Assembly: GCA_036337435.1 (NCBI GenBank)
Contig: JAYZEG010000001.1
Location: 96,001 to 160,000 of the forward strand
DNA length: 64,000 nucleotides
Reading direction: 5' to 3'
DNA from: Myxococcota bacterium
Lineage (GTDB): Bacteria; Myxococcota_A; Bradymonadia; UBA7976; UBA1532
Shown: positions 19,735 through 29,300 of the stretch, one piece after another
How the letters are laid out: each line of letters starts with the position of its first letter
How positions within the stretch are numbered: position 1 is the stretch's first letter
The notes under the pieces: generated by a model
Told to the model about the DNA's origin: nothing
The model's input: only the letters and a program-made list of their open reading frames with translations
Databases searched by the model: none
Program-made: the position numbers and the translations under genes

Positions 19735-19860
19735 GCTCTAGGCATTGGCTCTGCGTCGGTCCAACCGCTGCGGTCAACAGCTCATACGGGACCAGGCTGA
19801 TACCCCCCGTCGACTCTAGATGAGCTTTAATTAGCGAAGTGCAGAAGGCGTTTGAGCGCG

Positions 19861-21879
19861 ATGACTATGGGATTTATTAGAACGTCAGCAGCCATCCCGC
19901 AAAGTCGGGTCGGCGACATAGACTTCAACTGCGAACGCATCCTAGAGTTGTGGCAAAATGCGCACGAAGCGGGTTCTGCCATCGTCGTCTTCCCCGAACT
20001 CTCAGTGACCGGCTATACCAGCCGCGATCTCTTCTTGAATGATCACCTATTGGAGTCCTGTTTATCGGCATTGTTGTCTCTGGCAAAAACCGGCTGCAAA
20101 CTCGATCCTTTGGCATTTGTGGGGCTCCCCATCAGGCATCACCTCGGCGTCTTCAATTGCGTCGCGGCCCTCCATAAAGGGCGGGTCGTCGGCATCTGTC
20201 CAAAATCTTATCTACCGAACTACGGTGAATTTGAGGAAGAGCGCTGGTTCCGATCCGGCCGGATCATTCGTCCAAACGCAACCATCCGACTGGATGATGA
20301 GGAGGTGCCTTTTGGCTTGGACATCCTTTTCCAAGCATCCAACAAACGGGAGCTCATGATCGGCGTTGAAGTTTGTGAAGACAGCTGGGTTCATGTGCCT
20401 CCATCACTGGACCAGATTTCTGCTGGTGCATCGATCGTCTGCAACCTGTCCGCTTCAAATTTTGTGGTCGGAAAAGCGGAGACAAGACGTCTGTTGGCCA
20501 AGGCTCATTCGGTGCGTGGCAAATGTGCCTACATCTACGTTGCTGCCGGCCCAGGCGAGTCATCGACGGACTTAGCATTTGATGCGGATGCATTCATTTG
20601 TGAGCAAGGGGCCATCCTGGCAGAATCAACGCGGTTCTCTCGTTCGGACCAATTGATTACCAGTGACATCGATTTAAACGCTTTGCTGCACAGTCGAGTG
20701 GCAGCAAATACATTTGGCGAATGTAGTGCTGAATCCCAACGAAAATTCAGATACATACCCTTCGCTTTGAGCGAGGGTGACCAATACACTCGCGCTATCG
20801 ACCCACATCCATTTCTTCCAAAAGACCAAAACACGCTCGCAACCCGTTGCTGGGAGGTCTTTGAGATTCAGAGCAATGCCTTGGCGACGCGGATGCGCGC
20901 CATCGGTTCGCCAAAACTCATTCTCGGCATTTCAGGCGGCCTCGATTCAACCCATGCGGCATTGGTCGCAACCCAGGCCATTAAATTGTGCGGCCAAGCA
21001 TCAAATGAGCTGATTTGCGTAACCATGCCCGGCCTAGGAACGACATCGCAAACGGAAAACAATGCGAAGTCGCTGGCCGATCAACTCCAAGCAGAGTTGC
21101 GCATTGTTGATATCAAGGAGGAAAGTTTAAGCCTGTTGAAAGCAATTGGCCATCCCGCAGCCTCTCAAGCAACCAATACCGATGAATTAATCGACGCGCT
21201 AAGACAACACGAGCAATGGGCAAACGTGACTGTAGAAAATGTCCAGGCAAGACTACGGACGCTCATTTTGATGTCCCTTGCGAACCAAGAACACGGGATC
21301 GTTGTTGGAACGGGTGATCTGTCAGAAAAGGCCTTAGGTTGGTCTACATACGCAGGCGATCAAATTGCAATGTATGATGTCAATGCGGGTGTACCAAAGA
21401 CATTGATTCAATTCGTTGTCCGTTGGGTTGCCAATGAGCGCCTACAATCTTGGTCGAATACGCACAAAGACTCCCTGCGGAAAACCTTATTTTCTATCCT
21501 CGACACACCCATTTCGCCTGAACTTCTGCCCGCTTCGACAGCCGGTCAAATCTCTCAAATCACGGAAGAGAAAATCGGACCGTACGAACTGCATGATTTT
21601 TTCTTATTTCATTTTGTTGGTCATGGTCGACCGCCCAAACAAATCCTGGATCTGGCATGGGCCGCATTTCAAGGCACCTACGAGCGACAAACCCTCACGC
21701 TATGGTTTTCAGTTTTCATAAAGCGATTTTTTAGCCAACAATTCAAACGGTCATGTACAGCTGATGGACCAAAGGTTTTAAGTGTCGCCTTGTCACCTCG
21801 GGGTGATTGGCGCATGCCCTCTGATGCACGTGCTGACATTTGGTTAGATGAGATCGAAAAGTGGGGTCGATCAACATGA
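19861..21879 (+). CDS. nadE: glutamine-dependent NAD+ synthetase
   Basis: Nitrilase domain (FPELSVTGY, PKSYLPNYGEF, EVCED) plus LGISGGLDS, ENVQARLR, GTGDLSE, TPISPELLP, LSPRGDWRMPSD. Confidence 0.96.
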   Translation: MTMGFIRTSAAIPQSRVGDIDFNCERILELWQNAHEAGSAIVVFPELSVTGYTSRDLFLNDHLLESCLSALLSLAKTGCKLDPLAFVGLPIRHHLGVFNCVAALHKGRVVGICPKSYLPNYGEFEEERWFRSGRIIRPNATIRLDDEEVPFGLDILFQASNKRELMIGVEVCEDSWVHVPPSLDQISAGASIVCNLSASNFVVGKAETRRLLAKAHSVRGKCAYIYVAAGPGESSTDLAFDADAFICEQGAILAESTRFSRSDQLITSDIDLNALLHSRVAANTFGECSAESQRKFRYIPFALSEGDQYTRAIDPHPFLPKDQNTLATRCWEVFEIQSNALATRMRAIGSPKLILGISGGLDSTHAALVATQAIKLCGQASNELICVTMPGLGTTSQTENNAKSLADQLQAELRIVDIKEESLSLLKAIGHPAASQATNTDELIDALRQHEQWANVTVENVQARLRTLILMSLANQEHGIVVGTGDLSEKALGWSTYAGDQIAMYDVNAGVPKTLIQFVVRWVANERLQSWSNTHKDSLRKTLFSILDTPISPELLPASTAGQISQITEEKIGPYELHDFFLFHFVGHGRPPKQILDLAWAAFQGTYERQTLTLWFSVFIKRFFSQQFKRSCTADGPKVLSVALSPRGDWRMPSDARADIWLDEIEKWGRST

Positions 21880-22292
21880 AGCTCTTCCACTTAGCATTCC
21901 CGGTCGATGATCTTGAGCGGACCAGAGACTTTTATGTCAATGGCCTTGGTTGTAGCGTCGGTCGAGAAGCGGAAACCTGGATTGATTTTGACCTTTTTGG
22001 CCATCAGATATCAGCTCACCTACGACATGGCACTGTGACCGACTCAGACAAAAATGAAGTCGATGGAGACAGCGTGCCTATTCCACATTTCGGCTGTATC
22101 CTGGATCTAGAGAGCTGGCATTCACTCAAAGAAAAGTTAGTCGCTTATGGGGTCGAATTTGAAATCGGACCTCGGATCCGATTTGCTGGACAACCCGGTG
22201 AGCAGGCGACGATGTTCCTACGCGACCCAAGCGGCCATGCACTTGAATTCAAAGCGTTTGCCGATATCAGACAGGTGTTCGAAACCGATTAG
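21876..22292 (+). CDS. VOC / glyoxalase-family protein
   Basis: FHLAFPVDDL, WIDFDLFGHQISAH, PHFG, FLRDPSGHALEFKAF. ATGA-coupled to nadE. Confidence 0.92.
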   Translation: MKLFHLAFPVDDLERTRDFYVNGLGCSVGREAETWIDFDLFGHQISAHLRHGTVTDSDKNEVDGDSVPIPHFGCILDLESWHSLKEKLVAYGVEFEIGPRIRFAGQPGEQATMFLRDPSGHALEFKAFADIRQVFETD

Positions 22293-22933
22293 TTCCGGTT
22301 GTCGATGGTGATGGGATCACCCGCATCGTCGAGACCACAACTAATTTGATCGCATGGTTCGCCGCCAACAAAGTCGTCAAGGTCGATCACTCGAATTTGG
22401 AAAAGAGGCTGTGCACAACCATCTTCGATGGCCTGTTCAAGGGCTCGGTCTAAAATAATTGTCAGGTCATTGAGCTCAGAACACGTGCGTGCAGCAGGTA
22501 TGCCGTTATGCCCCTCGACGAGGATGCCCTCGCAACTCAACTTAATACAGGCTGCTGAGCGCCGAACGAGGTTATAAGGGGAGCTTTCATTGAGCCGGTC
22601 CTCCTCATCGAATTGCCCACACCCGACGGCGGTCGATGTGTCCCGAATGAATGTTGTCATACGCTCAACGCATTGGTTGAGTCGGTCGGTATTGCTTATG
22701 GTCGCCGAATCTGGACGAACAGGCGGAATGTAACGGTCTCCCGACATCCCAAGATCAAGTGCTTGCGATGACGGACGCGTCTGCGCGTCGAATCGAAGAT
22801 TCGACTCTGGCCCTGGACTTGAATCAAAGCCGGTTGGACTGGTCGACCGCTGGACATCCATGTCGGCATCATAGATCGCCTCGCCAGCGCAGCCGCTAAC
22901 CACAAGATAAAGCAGCATTTGAAACACTCGCAT
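22289..22933 (-). CDS. Cys-containing lipoprotein of unknown function
   Basis: Lipobox VSGC, low-complexity linker, C-terminal domain with about 8 Cys. Confidence 0.7.
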   Translation of the reverse strand: MRVFQMLLYLVVSGCAGEAIYDADMDVQRSTSPTGFDSSPGPESNLRFDAQTRPSSQALDLGMSGDRYIPPVRPDSATISNTDRLNQCVERMTTFIRDTSTAVGCGQFDEEDRLNESSPYNLVRRSAACIKLSCEGILVEGHNGIPAARTCSELNDLTIILDRALEQAIEDGCAQPLFQIRVIDLDDFVGGEPCDQISCGLDDAGDPITIDNRN

Positions 22934-23138
22934 ACACCCATCTCCACTCGGTGAGATGGTTTAGAATAGCACAGGCAACCAAATCCAGTTGTTCAAATTA
23001 AATCGAGTCGTCAGTAAAAAAGGATCCGCAGTTGATTTTATGTTGAGGGGTGATAATCACGCAGAGCATCACAGACTCCGCATAATGTGATACTGTTGGC
23101 ACCTGGGACTGATGAGATACTCGGTGCGATGGAGACTT

Positions 23139-25481
23139 ATGAAACGCCAATCTTTTTTTCCGGTTTTCCTATCCGTAATGCTCTTATCAGGCTGTTCAGA
23201 ATCTGGAAATGACGGCCAGCAACTGACTGACCAAATGGATGGAACAAACAATCCAATCATCGCCGATGGTGGGCCACTCCCCACACAGCCAGATGCTGAT
23301 GCGGCGGATGCGGCCACAAATCGGGATGCCGCTCAAATGAGAGATCAAGATGCGGCCGTAACGATGTCTGATATGTCAGTTCCGCGACTCGATGCACAAA
23401 CAGCACTTGACCAGGCTGTGACAATCGATACGGCCATCATCGATATGATGCCTGCGGACGATGCAGAGCCCACCAGCGAAGATACTGGCCCGATGATGGA
23501 TACTGATAATTGTCGACCCATCGATGAGATGTGCAACGGCCTCGATGATGATTGCGATGGCAGGACGGATGAAAATGCAGGTGATGCTCGGTTGGACTGC
23601 CAAACCAATTTACTCGGCGTATGCCAGGCGGGCCAAACCCGATGTAACAACGGTCAGATCCAATGCGTTGCGACCCGAAATCCAGGTCGGGAGGTCTGCG
23701 ACTCCTTAGACAATGACTGTGATGGCACAACCGATGAGAATGCGCCCAATGTGGGCGATATGTGTCAAACCGGAGAGGCAGGGATCTGTGGTCCAGGAAC
23801 GCGCCAATGCGAAAACGGGCAAATGCTGTGCGTCTCGAATTCCAATGGCGAAATCGAGACCTGTGATCGAAGCGATGAAGACTGCGATGGGCGCATCGAT
23901 GAAGATGCTGCGGGTGCAGGTGAGCTTTGCGACCCCGGGTGGGCAAGACCTGACTGCCCACGGCGCGCAAGGACAGTATGCCAAGGGGGGCAGTTGATTT
24001 GCGAGATGGACCCACATCCGGCAGACCCTTGCAATGGTGAAGATGATGATTGCGATGGCCGAATCGGAGAGGATGTACGCGGTCTCGAATGTGACACTGA
24101 GCAACTGGGCCAATGCGCGCAGGGTTCACTGATTTGTGAAGCCGATGAATCAGAGTGCGTCGCCGCTTTTGAGCCAAATTGTGAAGTCGTGAACCAATTA
24201 GATGACGACTGTGATGGGGCCGTGGATGAAGCCGCAGACAGATTCTGCTCGCCTCCGGAACGACAACTCACTCGTTTCTGTCTTACCGACAATAATCAAA
24301 ATATTGCGTTGGATATGACCGTCGACCCATTGGGCGAAATCTTTGTGACGCGTGCATCTCTCATTCAGGGCCATTTATATCTCACCCAAGTCAACCGAGA
24401 CGGCACACATTCGAACAGTCGAATTCAGAGTCGAGTGGCCCTTTTTCCCAACCGCCCAATTTTCGACACGGATGTCACCATTGCCAACCAAGTCCCCCAC
24501 GTTTGTTACAGAAATGCTCGGTCCAGTACCTTGTATTACGCATACAGGTCAGCCAATGGAGATTGGGTCACAGAAACGGTCGCCGAGAACGGTGACGCAG
24601 GCATAGACTGCGCGGTCGCTGTCCACAATGACCGAGTTTTCGTCGCATACCGCCATGCAGGCCAGCTGTTTGTTGCGAATCGGAGTGCCGATGGGCAGTG
24701 GTCGAGGGACATAGCCGATTCGGTTGCTAATTCGATCGTTGGAATCGAGCTGGACATGGTCATGGTGGACGGGACGCCATTTATTGTTCATCGAGACTCA
24801 GGCCAGCGTAGCTTTCGCATCACGACCAAACAAAATAACCGCTGGGTATCAGTTGCGGCCCCCGGCGGCGTTTTCGACAACGGCATTGGTTTTAGGCCGC
24901 GCATCTGGGTCGACGATAACCAAGTGACGGTCATCCACGGTGATGTCCCACCCGATCCGGACATCGGCAGCGACGGAAATCTATACATTTCAAGTATAGG
25001 ACGGGACCTAAACGGTGTCTTCAGGACCGAGAACCTGGACGCTGAGGGCCACGGCGGAGGACAGGCGGTCATGAGTTTCGAGACTGGTTTGCTGATCGCT
25101 GGGCGTTACCGATTGCGCAGTGCTTTGGGTTTTCGTGAGGATGGTCTGGAACTGTATAAACTCACCGACGTCTCAAGCATCTATTCCCTAGAAGCGTACA
25201 CCATTGCAGACCGACGACACACGTTTAAGAGACTCAGTTTAATGAGCGATCCGTTCGGACTTCCTATCATTGGATTTGCCGACGAAGGCAGTCGTTTTGG
25301 TGGTGATAATGGCTTTGGGCGCGTGTGCTTTTATCGGCCCAATGATGCCGATGCAGACCATGTGCCCGACGTAATAGAGGACGAGCTGGGGACAGACCCT
25401 GACCGCTCAGATACCGACGGCGACGGCCGCACTGACGGTGAAGAAATACTCATAGACGGTACAGATCCCCTGCAGCGTTAG
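23139..25481 (+). CDS. lipoprotein with 5 MopE-type Cys/Asp repeats, a beta-propeller-like domain and C-terminal Ca-binding TSP3-like repeats
   Basis: GGAG RBS + MKRQSFF...LLSGC, five DxDCDGxx(D/G)E units, C-terminal DTDGDGRTDGEE..GTDP. Confidence 0.85.
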   Translation: MKRQSFFPVFLSVMLLSGCSESGNDGQQLTDQMDGTNNPIIADGGPLPTQPDADAADAATNRDAAQMRDQDAAVTMSDMSVPRLDAQTALDQAVTIDTAIIDMMPADDAEPTSEDTGPMMDTDNCRPIDEMCNGLDDDCDGRTDENAGDARLDCQTNLLGVCQAGQTRCNNGQIQCVATRNPGREVCDSLDNDCDGTTDENAPNVGDMCQTGEAGICGPGTRQCENGQMLCVSNSNGEIETCDRSDEDCDGRIDEDAAGAGELCDPGWARPDCPRRARTVCQGGQLICEMDPHPADPCNGEDDDCDGRIGEDVRGLECDTEQLGQCAQGSLICEADESECVAAFEPNCEVVNQLDDDCDGAVDEAADRFCSPPERQLTRFCLTDNNQNIALDMTVDPLGEIFVTRASLIQGHLYLTQVNRDGTHSNSRIQSRVALFPNRPIFDTDVTIANQVPHVCYRNARSSTLYYAYRSANGDWVTETVAENGDAGIDCAVAVHNDRVFVAYRHAGQLFVANRSADGQWSRDIADSVANSIVGIELDMVMVDGTPFIVHRDSGQRSFRITTKQNNRWVSVAAPGGVFDNGIGFRPRIWVDDNQVTVIHGDVPPDPDIGSDGNLYISSIGRDLNGVFRTENLDAEGHGGGQAVMSFETGLLIAGRYRLRSALGFREDGLELYKLTDVSSIYSLEAYTIADRRHTFKRLSLMSDPFGLPIIGFADEGSRFGGDNGFGRVCFYRPNDADADHVPDVIEDELGTDPDRSDTDGDGRTDGEEILIDGTDPLQR

Positions 25482-25489
25482 GAGAATTT

Positions 25490-26269
25490 ATGGGTACTCA
25501 ACTCATCGACAGCCATGCTCACCTCGATTTCGAAAACTTCGACCATGACCGTTTGGCTGTTCTTGAAAGAGCGCAAGCCGTCGGCGTCTCCAAAGTGATT
25601 TCCATCGGGACAACCATCAAATCGTCAACACAAGCCGCCGCACTCGCGGACCACTATCCGATGGTCTTTGCAACGGCCGGTATTCACCCCCATCAAGTTG
25701 ATGAATTCGCCGAGCAAGACTGGCCGTATTTAGAGGCACTTTGGGCATCTCCAAAAGTCGTTGGTGTCGGTGAAACGGGTCTTGATTACTTCTATGATCT
25801 CTCCAGTCGAACGCGGCAGAAAACCATTTTTGCGAAGCATCTCAAAGCGGCTGAGAGATTAGATTACCCGTGTATCATCCACGTTCGAGATGCATTTGAC
25901 GATGCGTTTTCGCTGATTGAAGATATCGGTGTCGGTCAACGGGGCATCATCCATTGTTTTACCGGTGGTCGAGATGAATGCCAGCGCGCCTTGGACCTCG
26001 GGCTGTACATCTCGCTGTCTGGCATCGTGACCTTCAAAAATGCCAAAGAACTCCGAGAGTCGGTGTCCATGATTCCAGACGACCGCATCTTGGTAGAAAC
26101 CGATTCACCCTTCCTGGCACCAGTCCCCCATCGAGGCATGCGAAATGAGCCCAGTTTTGTTGAGAAAACAGCGCGTGCTGTCGCTGAACTGCGGGGTCAG
26201 ACCTTTGAGGATTTAGCAAACATCACCAAACGCAACACAGAGCGTGTATTTCGTCTTCCAGCGACTTGA
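25490..26269 (+). CDS. tatD: TatD-family DNase
   Basis: IDSHAHLD, GIHPH, VGETGLDY, IIHVRDA, IHCFTG, ETDSPFLAP. Confidence 0.95.
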   Translation: MGTQLIDSHAHLDFENFDHDRLAVLERAQAVGVSKVISIGTTIKSSTQAAALADHYPMVFATAGIHPHQVDEFAEQDWPYLEALWASPKVVGVGETGLDYFYDLSSRTRQKTIFAKHLKAAERLDYPCIIHVRDAFDDAFSLIEDIGVGQRGIIHCFTGGRDECQRALDLGLYISLSGIVTFKNAKELRESVSMIPDDRILVETDSPFLAPVPHRGMRNEPSFVEKTARAVAELRGQTFEDLANITKRNTERVFRLPAT

Positions 26270-26283
26270 TTAAACGCTACAGA

Positions 26284-26307
26284 CAGGCCAGCAGGAACGA
26301 TGGCCTG
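26284..26307. terminator. hairpin between convergent genes (possible terminator)
   Basis: CAGGCCA/TGGCCTG 7-bp stem with a 10-nt loop. No clear U-tract. Confidence 0.3.
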
Positions 26308-26312
26308 CGCTA

Positions 26313-29300
26313 TCAATCTCCCGGTGGCGCCCATTCAATGGCACCCTGGTCGCTGGCAGCACCTTCGGGCCGTAGGAAGCTGTTTAAATCATAGGCCGGA
26401 TGCACACTGTAGGGTGTGTCATATACAATGGTGTCTGGCGTCTCGGTGATAAAGTGTTCATCGCCCAACAGGATCAGTTCAATCCAATCTGGTGCACCAT
26501 CGTTGTCCGTGTCTGTGACTGTATCGACTTCACAAAGCCCATCCTGGTTACAAATATCTGCGTTGAGGTTCCACTTGGAATCTCTTGCGTTGGCCGTTGT
26601 ACAACCATCGTCATTAATACAAATGCAATCATTGCCAACACATTGGCAGTCTGCATTGTCCACACATTGAGCGGCTGACAAGGTCACTGGTCGAGGATCT
26701 GGGACTGGTGTGAGCTGGCCAGCATCGATGGCTGGCGAACCGGGCCTGAGGGCCAAGTTGTTGGACTCAGCGTTGACCAAATTCAGATTAATCTGAACGT
26801 TGTCGCTCGCAAATGACCGGCCATTGAGCCGCTCCGCTGTGCCATACCCTGACCGGTCGGTTCGAACCAATGGGTCATCATCATCGAAAATATTGTTGTA
26901 GATAAAGGTATCTTGCTCCGCTTGTGAATGGACGAAGAGGTAGGTGTCATTGGTTTCTTTAGCGAATAAATTATTGGCGATGATCACCGACTTGTTGACG
27001 TTTTGGTGGACGTAAATGTGATAGTACGAGTTTCTTGAAAAACTGTTGTAGTTCACCAACGCCTTGCCATTGGCTTGAAGGTACAGACCACCGCCCGTGT
27101 TGTTGGAGAAGACCGTATTTTGAAGGGTGAGCTGCGTGCTCGTATGAACAAGAGCCCTCACGCTTCCAGGCGCATCACCGACATCATTGTTTTGGAAGGT
27201 CACCCGGTCGATGACAGTGCTGGAGATCGCCCCACCGTTGCGCTGGGTCGTCGCCAATACAAGGCCCCGAGGACCGCGGCCTTCACAGCTCTCGACAAGC
27301 GTGTCCTCCAATAAGATATTGGAATTACCAAAGACAGCCACCGGATACTCCGTATCGGCGCGAGATTTGACGATCTTGAGATTTGAAATCCTCAAATTCG
27401 TCTGACGCGGTGCCTCAAAAACACCATTATTGAGCGTGGTCACAAACAGAGTGGGTTCTTCAGTCCCGATTCGGTTGCGCGTATTACTCCCTCGGAGCAG
27501 GGTCATATTTGACAAGAGGTTCCGTGATCCATGAGCCCCCCACCTCGGCTGGCGAGACAAGAACAGATAATTTGGGTCACCAGGCTGCATGCAGCGCACA
27601 TCATCGAGGGTGTAGCAGGTTCGACCTCGGGCCATCATCGGCTGGTCATCCATGTTCTCAGCCCGGACCAGTTGGCCGCCATCGGGCTTACGCAGGATGT
27701 CACAGTCTGGGTGGAGCTCGGTCAGAAAACAGGCCAGCATACCCCCGTCTATCACCACGTGATCGATGGATCCATCGCCCACCAATTGAACCTTATCCTG
27801 CATGCGAATGGGCAAATCCTCCCGCTCTGATTCAGGCATTGAGCACAAACCACCTGCGCACTGCAGCTCAGGGGAGCAGACGCATTCAGCGCATCGCTCG
27901 ATGGTGCGTGGATCCCCGTTGGTCTCACAGGCGATTGTATGCGTTGCACAAGAATCATTGCTTGGGTCACCGTCTCCATCACCATCGCATTGCTGAAGGT
28001 CGACCCATTGGTCTGATGAATAACGACCCGGCTTGACGTAGATTCGAGCCGCGTATTGCGTGCTATCGATGCGACCGTCGAGTGCATGACTCATGGTTCG
28101 CCATGGATTGCCTTCGGTCCCGTCACCGGTCGAATTTGACCCATTCCGATCGTCGACATAGAAGGTCTGAAAGCATGTCCCGCTGATACACGATGCGTTC
28201 GGCAGTTCCTGACCTGGATTAAAGGGGTCTGGGTCTCGACAATCAGTGCCGCATGACCCACAGTTGGTGACGTCATTTAACTTGTCGAAGCCGTTGTCGA
28301 CAATGCCATCACAATCGTCGTCTCTATCATTGCACGTCTCTTCCACAACGGCGTCGCCAATACAAACGGTGCCACCTGTTTCAAGGTCACAGGCGACGGT
28401 TCCGTTGGTGCATTGGTCGGCATCATCGCCATCACATGGGTCGCCTAAGCCAAAGCCTTCGTCGGCGGTACCGTCACAGTCGTTGTCCAATTCATCACAG
28501 GTCTCTGGTGACGAAGGCGTGTTCTGAAAGCAGCTAATTTGTCCATTACAGCGAGTTGTGCCGGCGTTACATGTACCCGGAAGACCCATTTCGCAGACCT
28601 GACCCGCTCCGGGGTTGCCTTCGTCTTCCTGGCCATCACAGTCATTGTCGATGCTATCGCAGACTTCTTGCAATTCCCCTGGTGTAAACCTTGGGACTAA
28701 AACCAATTCACCGTCGACGCATGTGCGGATGCCAATATTGCAGACACCTTGTGCTCCTGGAATCAATTCGACGGCCCCGCCGCCCGGATTTCCTTCATCG
28801 ATGAGCCCATCACAATCATCGTCGTAGCGGCTGAAGTTATCGTCGACAGGAGGGACGGCATTACACACCTCTTCACGGGGCTCTCCTGGGACAGCATCGC
28901 AGCCCGCGGTGCCGTCTTCCAGGCACACGGTTCTGCCATTTTGCCTACAACGACCTTCACCAACGCTGCAATCATCACCCACACCGTAGCCTTCATCTGT
29001 GCGCCCGTCGCAGTCGTTGTCGATGGCATCACAGAACTCGTTTTGTGGAACGCCAGCAGTGACGCTACATTGGGTGCCATCTTGGGCGTCATTACACACC
29101 AATTGGCCATCCTCTGAGCACGCACCAACGCCTTCGGTGCATGGATTGCCGAGAGGAAACGTCTCATCAACACGGCCGTCGCAGTCATTGTCCAGACCAT
29201 CACAGAGTTCAACGGCAGGTTCGTTGACACGGTCACAGACAAGGACCGCGTTTCGACAATTTCGGATACCCGCTTGACAAAGACCGTCGAATTCAGTGTT

